Positions 18,474 through 26,894 of a DNA stretch of 39,978 nt are shown piece by piece. The notes under the pieces are model-generated. The model was not told the origin of the DNA. It did no database searches and saw only the letters and a program-made list of their open reading frames with translations. Origin of the DNA: Planctomycetota bacterium. GTDB lineage: Bacteria > Planctomycetota > Phycisphaerae > WQYP01. The position numbers and the translations under genes are program-made. Within the stretch, counting starts at the first letter, position 1; every line of letters begins with the position of its first letter. The stretch is from assembly GCA_021847065.1 (NCBI GenBank), contig JAJZVR010000003.1:1-39978 (forward strand), given 5' to 3'.

Positions 18474-21400
18474 CTACGGCAAATTCGCCGTTCCAGTAGG
18501 TTGAATCAGCTTGACGCTTCCTCTGGTTTTGGACAGATTCCAGATAATGTGTCGCGCTTGGCCATGAACGCTTCCGCTGGCATCGGAGATAATGGCATTT
18601 TGCCCATTGAGGCCATACGCCTGTGCTATTTCGGTGGCGGCATCAAATTTTAACATGCCGGCGGCCAGATTCAGTCCGCTGACCTGAAGTACCGCATTAT
18701 TCGCCGTTACACTTTGCAGTCGCGTTGGGCCGCCCATGCCCAAGTCCACGCCATTCTTGGCCGCTGGGCCGGTATGATTTAATTTGGCCAGAAGTTCATC
18801 CGCATCCAGCAACACCATGCCGGAATTGGGATTCTTAGTATTACTGCCGCCTGCCGCTTTGGGAGTTGGCAACGGTTTAACGGGGCGGAATCTCAGGTGA
18901 ACCTTTCCGCGCAGATTTACCAGCCCGGTTTTGGCGTTATACGTCAGTGCGTGCGCCCATGAAAATCCGCTTTGACCGCGTTGCTGCGCGGTGTTGGCCG
19001 TTGTGGCGGGGCGGTAGTCTTCCAGGACCATTTCCCCGGCGGTGGGAATTTTCAGCAAGCCTTCAACCGCATTGTAAATGAGTTTCGGACAATTTAGGCG
19101 CATACGGGTAAGCAGCGTTCCGGCTTTGCTGTAGCTGGCATCACGGGCCACAACCGTATTTCGGCCCAGGGGACCCGAAGCAATGAGCTGCGCCAGTTTC
19201 ATGGCATTGTGATCGGTCTTACGCCGTTGAAAGTGAATGAGCATCGATGGGGCCGTTAAGCTGCTGTGCTGTTCGGGCCGCCCCACAAGCGCGGCAATCA
19301 CATGCCCTGCAAGCGTGGCCTGCCTGGTCTTGGCCGAATATTGCATCTGCTTGAGCCATGATACCTCCACACGCGGTTGAGCCGCTTTGGACGATTCCGG
19401 CATGCTCAATTTGCCGGCACCGGGAACCGTTACCTGCTCAAGCTTGCGTTGTAATTTGATCGTGCGGCCCTTGAGCCAATCGGCTCCTTGATAAATAGCC
19501 GATTCAATGGTGCCTGCGGTATTCGACTGCAGCGTTGCTGTGCCTGCTGTGCGATCCCCGGATAGTTCATACGCGGTAGCCTTGATGGGGCGGCCAATAT
19601 GATAAATATGAACAATGGTGTTATTCCATATCTTGAACCGGCCCACCGTATAGCGTCCGCCCGGATTGTCCGCGGTGGAGCGTGGACTTGCGGCGTGAAT
19701 GCCACTGCGGCTTATCAACGCTGCGCGAAGCATGCCTCCGGTAATGGAGAACTGTTCCGGAATGTCGCCGTGCTTGGAGGCCTTCTGGTAGAAGGTCAGT
19801 GCGATATGATCGTTGGCCTGTAATTCAGCCGGAACAGGGCTGCTTTGCGCATTGGCCTGCCGAGTCAGGAGAACCAGATGTCGGCATGACATTTGGTTCG
19901 TATCTCCGGATGGTAAGCCCGGATTGGCCGATGAAATCGCAACGTTTCCGTCAGCGGAAAAAAAGCGTAATGCACTGCCCGAATGGTTGCCGGAAATTTG
20001 GATAAATCGGGCGGTAAATTTCTGAGCGTGCAGTGAAGTCTGGGTATTGGCCAGCGCCGCGCCACCGGTCAAAATAATATCTTTAACCGCCAATTTACCT
20101 TGTCCAATCGCTGGTGCGGTGGAAGTGGAATGATTCTGCGACGGTGAAAGCTGCACCGCAAGTTGTTTTAACCACGAGCCATGCCACGGATTTTTGCCGC
20201 CCGCCGCACCGGTCATTTTAAACGACCCCGGCCCAGTTAGTGCGGCATCGTGCATGATATTATTGTAGACCAGTGATTCACAGGTAATTGTTCCCATGGC
20301 CTTATCCCAGAGTTGCACCGGGTCTTTTACTGCTGCCAGCATGGTGACGTTCTGTCGCGCCGAATCGTATGTAACCTTCGCCGCAAAGCCTGTGCGTGTG
20401 GGGCCGTCATGCATGATCACCGGCTTTCCCGGTTCGCCGGTGGCCTGAAGGAATACGTCCCGGCTTCCGGCCAGAACGACCGGTGAATGGCGTGTGGGGC
20501 GCAACACCAACGGCCCGGTCCAGTGTATCACCAATGGCGGGTTTTTCGTTTTATCAGCCGCAACGTGCGATGGATTGGCGCCTGCCGCTGACGGTGCCTT
20601 ATTTGCGCTGGTTGGTTCCGCTGTAGCCGCGCTGGTATTACCAACTTCTGCCGGAGCTTTTGCCGCCGTCTGAAAATAGAGCCGTAACCGATTGGCCAGC
20701 ATCGTTTGTGCGCCCAGTGCCACATGAACATGGCGACCAAAGCTTAGCGCGTAAGTCGTCAGCACCGGTCTGACGACCTTGGCCGCTGCTGTGCTCGTTG
20801 CCCCGGCCTTACTGGGTGCGGGCGCATTGGCAGCCGGGCGCGTTGGAGAGCCGGTGGCCGTCGCTGCTGAAGAATTATGGAATAATCCACTGACTACCAG
20901 CCGTCGGCCATGGGTAACCTGTAAATCCTCAAGCGTTTTATTGGCGGTATTGATTTCCACGGTTAAATCTGAGCCGTCAAATTGCAGTTGATCGCCGCGG
21001 ACGCGCACCGTGCCGCGACTGGTCAGCAGGCCCTGCTGATAATCAAAATGCAGTGGCCTGCCCAGCGTCATTTGTATCTGCCCCGGTTGGCGGGTCAGCA
21101 GGCCGCGCTTAAAGGATTCCAGCGGGCCGGCGGTAATGGTCACATGCCCCGTCAACGTTCCCTTGCGCAAATACGGATTGCCAAAGCTGTCGAACTGCCC
21201 GGATACACCCCCGCCTCCGCCGGTAGCGCCTATGAGCACATCGCCGGTATCGCTGTCGACAAGAATCGACTGCCCCTTGGCGGTATAAAATTGCAATTCT
21301 GGTTTGATAAGTTGATATTCTCCGCCCCCGACCGGCTTAGCGAGATTCGCCCGCATAACATATTGCAGTACACCTTGCGCGTTGCGATTTTCAACGGAAA

Positions 21401-21563
21401 TATGGGTCGCACCGGTGCCCTGTACAATGTTCAGCGGCTTGTTGGCGCGATCGGTTGCGCCCGCGCCCGATGGAAAGAATTGCCCCTTCAACCAAAGAAA
21501 CAGCCCCAGCGCCACAACCAGGCCGCTAATATAAATCAGAAATTTGCGTTGCACTGAACTCAA
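18474..21563 (-). CDS. Large membrane-anchored beta-rich periplasmic protein, LptC/LptA-like (1029 aa)
   Basis: Single N-terminal TM helix; LptC-like segment (LIKPELQFY...TLTGHVTI...LHFDYQQGLLTS); repeated xGxV strands; directly after kdsD-kdsC. Confidence 0.6.
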   Translation of the reverse strand: MSSVQRKFLIYISGLVVALGLFLWLKGQFFPSGAGATDRANKPLNIVQGTGATHISVENRNAQGVLQYVMRANLAKPVGGGEYQLIKPELQFYTAKGQSILVDSDTGDVLIGATGGGGGVSGQFDSFGNPYLRKGTLTGHVTITAGPLESFKRGLLTRQPGQIQMTLGRPLHFDYQQGLLTSRGTVRVRGDQLQFDGSDLTVEINTANKTLEDLQVTHGRRLVVSGLFHNSSAATATGSPTRPAANAPAPSKAGATSTAAAKVVRPVLTTYALSFGRHVHVALGAQTMLANRLRLYFQTAAKAPAEVGNTSAATAEPTSANKAPSAAGANPSHVAADKTKNPPLVIHWTGPLVLRPTRHSPVVLAGSRDVFLQATGEPGKPVIMHDGPTRTGFAAKVTYDSARQNVTMLAAVKDPVQLWDKAMGTITCESLVYNNIMHDAALTGPGSFKMTGAAGGKNPWHGSWLKQLAVQLSPSQNHSTSTAPAIGQGKLAVKDIILTGGAALANTQTSLHAQKFTARFIQISGNHSGSALRFFSADGNVAISSANPGLPSGDTNQMSCRHLVLLTRQANAQSSPVPAELQANDHIALTFYQKASKHGDIPEQFSITGGMLRAALISRSGIHAASPRSTADNPGGRYTVGRFKIWNNTIVHIYHIGRPIKATAYELSGDRTAGTATLQSNTAGTIESAIYQGADWLKGRTIKLQRKLEQVTVPGAGKLSMPESSKAAQPRVEVSWLKQMQYSAKTRQATLAGHVIAALVGRPEQHSSLTAPSMLIHFQRRKTDHNAMKLAQLIASGPLGRNTVVARDASYSKAGTLLTRMRLNCPKLIYNAVEGLLKIPTAGEMVLEDYRPATTANTAQQRGQSGFSWAHALTYNAKTGLVNLRGKVHLRFRPVKPLPTPKAAGGSNTKNPNSGMVLLDADELLAKLNHTGPAAKNGVDLGMGGPTRLQSVTANNAVLQVSGLNLAAGMLKFDAATEIAQAYGLNGQNAIISDASGSVHGQARHIIWNLSKTRGSVKLIQPTGTANLP

Positions 21564-21619
21564 AAAGAAAAACTCCCAATGTTCTGCTAACTGCTAACTC
21601 CTGGATTCCAAGTACCCCC

Positions 21620-22156
21620 TCACTGATACCGTGCCAGCACCTGATCCCATACATTCATTCCCCGGCACATCCATTCCACCGCATCGCGCACGGCTCCATA
21701 TCCTCCCGGAAATTTCGTTACATACCGCGCCGCTGCACGAACTTCTTCTGCCGCATCAGCCACCGCTATCGGGCAGCCGCATTTGCGCATCACCGGCAAG
21801 TCCGGCAGATCATCGCCAATGTATGCGGTCTGGGCGTCGGTGTAACCAAGTTGTTGCAGAAGATCATTATAAATATCGAGTTTGTTGCTCACATTCTGAT
21901 ATACATACTGTATGCCGAGTTCTTCGGCGCGATGTTGTACAACCATGCTTTCCTTACCGGTAATCAACGCAACATGCCGATTGAGTTTGCGCCAGCAGAC
22001 AATGCCTGTGCCGTCGCGCACATGAAACCGTTTAATCTGCTGCCCACTGTCATCGCGGATAATCCCGCCATCCGTTAATACGCCATCAACATCCATAATC
22101 AAGAGTTGAATTTCCGGCGTAAAGCCGCGCGCTGCTGATTTTTCCAAGTCGTTCAT
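21620..22156 (-). CDS. kdsC: KDO-8-phosphate phosphatase
   Basis: DVDGVLTDG, FHVRDG, IGDDLPD, GGYGAVRD. Confidence 0.92.
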   Translation of the reverse strand: MNDLEKSAARGFTPEIQLLIMDVDGVLTDGGIIRDDSGQQIKRFHVRDGTGIVCWRKLNRHVALITGKESMVVQHRAEELGIQYVYQNVSNKLDIYNDLLQQLGYTDAQTAYIGDDLPDLPVMRKCGCPIAVADAAEEVRAAARYVTKFPGGYGAVRDAVEWMCRGMNVWDQVLARYQ

Positions 22157-22203
22157 CTGTCATACACTCCTTTGATTGAGGGGGCTTTTATTTCGCCCTC
22201 CGC

Positions 22204-23238
22204 CTATTCCACGATTCGCAGGCTTACGACATCCTGCACATCTATTAAACCCACCGGCTGGTTTTTGGAATCCACCACCGGCAACTCATCAATACGATGC
22301 TTATTCATTAAAGCCAGCGCCTCACTGGCCAGAGCATCGGCATCCACACACTTCGGATTCGCCGTCATTACCTCCGCCATCGGCATGTCCAGTACATTGG
22401 CCGATTGCCGCAAGCGCCGCCGCAGGTCCCCATCCGTAAATATACCCGCCAGGAGCCCCTGTGTATTAATCACAATCATGGCCCCGGCCCGCCGGCCCGG
22501 CAATTCTTCCATTGCCATGGCCTGCCGCAGCGTCATAACTTCGCTGACGACAGAGAGATTTTCTCCAATTTTAAAGCTCATAACTTCCCGCACCCGTAAG
22601 AGTTTTCGCCCCAGCGAACCAGCCGGATGAAAGGCCGCAAAATCTTCCGCGGAAAAATGTCGCAGGCTCATGACGCCCAATACCAGCGCGTCGCCCAGAG
22701 CATTCATGCAGGTTATGCTGGTCGTGGGAGCCAGCCGTAATGGGCAGGCCTCTTCTATGACGCCCAGCGCAATGCAGATATCCGAGAGCTTGCCCAGCGT
22801 GCTGTCACATCGACTGGTGATGGCAATTGTCGGCACACCCAGGCGCTTCAAGTGATCCATTAATCGTGTAAGCTCATCGGTTTCTCCGCCATAGGAGAGC
22901 AGAAGTGCCACATCCGTTCGCCGCACGCGCCCCAAGTCGCCATGCAACGCTTCCACCGGATGCAAGAAATGCGAGGGTGTGCCGGTGCTGGCAAAGCTCG
23001 CACTGATACGCTGCCCGGCCAGGCCCGACTTGCCCACTCCGCTGACCACCACTGTTCCCGGCGAGTTGGTTTCGGTGCAGCGATAAATCCGTTCAATCGC
23101 GGCCGGCAGTGCAGCATCGAGTCGTTGCGCAACCTGCATAAGCGTGGCGGCTTCTGAGCGCACAACACTTTGCGCATCGGTCAGAAGCTGTCGCGAAGAG
23201 ATAGGATGTACCGGCACATGGGCCGAAGGCGTCTGCAT
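22204..23238 (-). CDS. kdsD: Arabinose-5-phosphate isomerase (KpsF/GutQ; SIS plus CBS domains)
   Basis: GVGKSG, STGTPS, EALHGDLG, EACP, APTTS, FHPAGSLG, TDGDLRR. Confidence 0.92.
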   Translation of the reverse strand: MQTPSAHVPVHPISSRQLLTDAQSVVRSEAATLMQVAQRLDAALPAAIERIYRCTETNSPGTVVVSGVGKSGLAGQRISASFASTGTPSHFLHPVEALHGDLGRVRRTDVALLLSYGGETDELTRLMDHLKRLGVPTIAITSRCDSTLGKLSDICIALGVIEEACPLRLAPTTSITCMNALGDALVLGVMSLRHFSAEDFAAFHPAGSLGRKLLRVREVMSFKIGENLSVVSEVMTLRQAMAMEELPGRRAGAMIVINTQGLLAGIFTDGDLRRRLRQSANVLDMPMAEVMTANPKCVDADALASEALALMNKHRIDELPVVDSKNQPVGLIDVQDVVSLRIVE

Positions 23239-23699
23239 AACGTTTTACGATATACGATTCCCTGTATCGCTGCCAGCGCTGCGGGGGGAATCGTTGCAGC
23301 TTGAGGGGGGGCGGCTATGGTGTGCCAATCATGGTGGAAGCGGTGTCTCGCCGCTTTTTACGCGATGGAATCCAACGTCTGCGGCGGCATTTATCTGACT
23401 GTGAGCCGGGAATAAATGGCTGGGCGGAGGATAAATATCCGTGGATTTTACAGATGACCCGGATGGAGATTACCACGGGTGTTCACGGCCATCTCGATTG
23501 GGTACATGCCACAGAAACCCAACTCCCTGTATTTGTAAATAATTCGATCATTGTTTGGTTTCGGCGTGACAGGGCACTGGAGACATATTGTCTCCCAACT
23601 CCTGTTCCATTTTTTCGTGTGTGGCGTTTCGCATGGACATCTGCCTAATGTTGCCGTAGCATTTCTGCAAAGGCTCCTGGCCTTAAATTGGAGAAATGA

Positions 23700-24842
23700 A
23701 TGTCGGTTATGAACACTACAAAAACCTCCGCCGGAAATGCTTCTTCGATTCCCATGTTCGAAATTTTAACGCAGTATCAAAGTCTGCGTGCTGAAATTGA
23801 AACCGCCATTCGCGGCGTGCTGGAGTCAACCGAATATATCGGTGGCAAGGCGTTGAAGGAATTTGAGCATAATCTGGGCTTACAATTTAACGGGCGCGCG
23901 GTGGCGGTTTCCAGCGGTACGGATGCGATATTGGCATCGCTGATGGCTTTGAACATTGGACGGGGCGATAAGGTTATCACTACTCCGTTTACTTTTTTTG
24001 CCACCGCGGGGTGTGTCAGTCGGGCCGGAGCGAGGCCCGTATTTGTGGATATTGATCCAACGACATTTCTCATGCGAACCGATACCATTTCCGCGGTGGC
24101 CGATTCGCAATGCAAGGCGGTTATTCCTGTTCATCTGTTCGGTCAAATGTGTGAGATGGATGGGTTGGCAGAATTATGCGGTAAGCACAATTTAATGATT
24201 GTGGAAGATGCGGCGCAGTGTATCGGTGCCAAAGACAGTCGGGGCAGAGTGCCCGGGGAGCTGGGACGCACCGCCTGCCTTTCTTTTTATCCCACCAAAA
24301 ATCTTGGAGCCGCTGGCGATGCCGGCGCGGTGATCGCCCGCGATCCAGCTCTGGCGAGTCGTCTGGAACAAACCAGACAACATGGGGAAACCAGCCGTTA
24401 CCATCATGCGTTTGTCGGCGGGAATTTTAGGCTTGACGGCATTCAGTGCGCGGTGCTGAACGTAAAATTAAAATATCTTGATAAGTGGAATAATCGCCGT
24501 CGTCAGATCGCCGCGTATTATTCATCACGATTTAAAAATACCGATGTCATAGCGCCCGTGGAGATACCCGGTACGCATCATGTGTATCACCAATATGTTG
24601 TCCGGGTTCCGCGTCGGGATGCAGCCAAAGAGTATCTGCAAAAGCACGGTATCGGATCGGCCATTTATTACCCCCGGCCCCTGCATCTGCAGGAATGCTT
24701 TCAAGATTTGGGTTATAAGGAAGGGGCCTTCCCGGTTGCCGAACAAGCCTGCCGTGAAGTATTGGCGCTGCCGGTATTCCCGGAACTCACCGACGCACAA
24801 ATTCAGCACGTCGCCGACACGCTGCTGGCGTTTTACCAATAA
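23700..24842 (+). CDS. DegT/DnrJ/EryC1/StrS sugar aminotransferase
   Basis: SSGTDA, PVHLFGQ, EDAAQ, SFYPTKNLGAAGDAG. Confidence 0.93.
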   Translation: MSVMNTTKTSAGNASSIPMFEILTQYQSLRAEIETAIRGVLESTEYIGGKALKEFEHNLGLQFNGRAVAVSSGTDAILASLMALNIGRGDKVITTPFTFFATAGCVSRAGARPVFVDIDPTTFLMRTDTISAVADSQCKAVIPVHLFGQMCEMDGLAELCGKHNLMIVEDAAQCIGAKDSRGRVPGELGRTACLSFYPTKNLGAAGDAGAVIARDPALASRLEQTRQHGETSRYHHAFVGGNFRLDGIQCAVLNVKLKYLDKWNNRRRQIAAYYSSRFKNTDVIAPVEIPGTHHVYHQYVVRVPRRDAAKEYLQKHGIGSAIYYPRPLHLQECFQDLGYKEGAFPVAEQACREVLALPVFPELTDAQIQHVADTLLAFYQ

Positions 24843-24930
24843 CTTGCCACAGGTCCTGTTAAGAGAATCCGGGCGTTTTTTTTCCATCCCCACTGCGATT
24901 GGTGGTCACGGGATGGCATTCTCCTTCTAT

Positions 24931-24983
24931 GCCACAATCCGTCGATTTCTTCGCACGCTGCGAAGAAATCGACGGATTGTGGC
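24931..24983. repeat. Perfect inverted repeat, 25-bp arms with 3-nt loop
   Basis: GCCACAATCCGTCGATTTCTTCGCA-cgc-TGCGAAGAAATCGACGGATTGTGGC. Confidence 0.95.
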
Positions 24984-26171
24984 GCAGGTCCAAAGTACCT
25001 GCCGTTCGCCAGGTGTGTATTTGATGATTGAGGACACCACGGCGGCGAGTTTTCCGATGCGTGAGGCGGCGGTGGGTTTGGGGCCGGTGGGAGAATACTA
25101 CACCCGTGGCTTCTGGCTACACAGCACGCTGGCGGTTCGCTGGCAGGGCCATCCGGAGGACCCCTACGAGGATCAGTCGCAGTTGATTGGGCTGGCGGGC
25201 CAAAGCGTGTGGGTACGCGACATTACAAAATCACGGCGTAAGGAAAAGAAAGCGGATCGCTTACGTCGTCAAGACAGAGAATCTGCCCGATGGGGGAAAA
25301 CGTTGGTGGCCAGTGGAGGTCCGGGCATTGGCGGAGCGCAATGGATTTATGTGGCGGACCGGGAGAGTGACATCTATGAAGTCTTCGCACGTTGTGGCCA
25401 AAGCGGATGCAATTTTGTGGTGCGTTCGGCGCATGACCGCGTCTTGGCCAAGATGGATCAACAATACCTCCACGACGCCTTGGCGGCGGCGGTGCCGCTG
25501 GGACGCCGCAGTATTGATTTGCCCGCCGGCAAGGGGCGGGCCGCGCGTTGTGCGACATTGGAGATTCGCGCCATGCGCGTACAACTGCGTGCTCCCCGTC
25601 GTCCCGGAACGCCTCTGGTCGATCAGGAGATCAATGTCGTGGAGGTTCGCGAAATCGAGGCCCCGGCGGATGCCGATCCCGTGCATTGGATTCTACTGAC
25701 GGATTTACCGACTGACACACTGCCGGAGCTATGGAAGGTGGTGGCAATCTATCGCCGCCGCTGGCTTATTGAAGAGTTTCACAAGGCCCTGAAGAGCGGG
25801 GTAGGGCTGGAGAAAAGCCAACTCGCGGAAGCTCGCAAGCTCATGGCGCTGGCGGGAATCCTATCGATCGTGGCGTGCTTTCTGGTGGGACTCAAGCTCC
25901 ACGCTCGATCCGATGACGCACTGCCATTGGACGAAACTCAAGTGGATCACGCAACACGCGTGATTCTGGAGAAAAAGGTTGGCAGGCCCAAGGAAGGGTG
26001 GACTTATCAAACCATTCTCGTGGCCATCGCCAGACTCGGTGGACACATTGGCCGCCGTAGCGACGGCCCCCCGGGCTGGCAGACCATCTGGCGCGGTTGG
26101 CAGCGACTGCTGCTACTAGTCGAGGGATTCCGCCTCGCCTCCGACGGATGAAAAATGTGGGTAATGTTAAG
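24932..26171 (+). mobile_element. IS4-family (IS50/Tn5-like) element, 5'-truncated
   Basis: Flanked by 9-bp direct repeat CCTTCTATG (24923-24931 and 26172-26180). Right end ...ATGTGGGTAATGTTAAG; no matching left IR. Confidence 0.8.
24981..26151 (+). pseudogene. IS4-family DDE transposase lacking the N-terminal DNA-binding domain
   Basis: IEDTT, VADRESDIYE, YRRRWLIEEFHKALKSG (YREK), IARLGG...PGWQTIWRG. Confidence 0.85.
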
Positions 26172-26197
26172 CCTTCTATGGCAGGCGCATAATAAGA

Positions 26198-26415
26198 CTA
26201 CCGATATACCGCAAATTCTCGAACCGATGGGGTTATGTTCCCGGTTGTTGCCATAATCAGCAGGCGAACGTGGCGCGTTCGGATGTGGTGGAAATGCACT
26301 GCCGTATTATCCTGCCCCTTCATGTTCCCACTGAAAGCCGTTCGCCATTTTCCGTCATGGCGGTACTGTATTTTGAATTGTTCGATTCGCCCGGCAAATT
26401 GTTGAAGGACAACAC
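26198..26415 (-). pseudogene. Orphan C-terminal F5/8-type C (discoidin)-like domain fragment
   Basis: RIEQFKIQY...GKW...TRHVRLLI...PSVREFAVY resembles glycoside hydrolase C-termini; no catalytic domain upstream. Confidence 0.6.
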
Positions 26416-26418
26416 GGC

Positions 26419-26763
26419 CAGGGGATTCTGCCGGCCGCCCCGCTGAATCCACCGTCGCTGTTAGTCATCGGAATGGATGGCGGGCGTGTGCAGGGGCGAC
26501 AGAAAGACGAAAAAAGCCAGAGCCGGTGGCGCGAAGACAAGGTGGCCAGTTTCACCAGTTATCTACCGGGAGATGGGGGTGACAGACCACTACGTTCAAT
26601 AAGCGCGTCAAGGGAACCGACCAGTTCTGGAACATCCCGGGCGTGGAATGTATATTGGCCTTGCGTGCCATGTGGATGAGCCGAGACCAACGGTGGGAAC
26701 GCTACTGGGCAAACCGTCCCTCACAGGGCACCCGAAGGGCCGCATAAAGTGTCACACGCACCC
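26419..26763 (+). mobile_element. Internally deleted ISKra4-like transposase remnant with right end
   Basis: LVIGMDGGRVQ...WREDKV joined out of frame to FNKRVKGTDQFW...ILALRA...YW (26595-26747); ends ...GTCACACGCACCC. Confidence 0.7.
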
Positions 26764-26894
26764 AAGAAACCGTATTGGAAACAGTTGTATTTGAAATTTT
26801 GTCCGATCTCGGTGATATTACGCACTCTTACGGGTGAGAACGCCACTGGCCCGTATTTTGGATCGCCGCTTATTTAATAAACAGGAGTGCTAGC

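Noticed and set aside
23301-23648. 115-aa ORF between kdsD and DegT
   Set aside because: No RBS or recognisable motif; lies in a divergent promoter region.
24580-24930. 5' extension of the 523-aa transposase ORF
   Set aside because: Overlaps the DegT gene and flank outside the target duplication; no transposase-like sequence.
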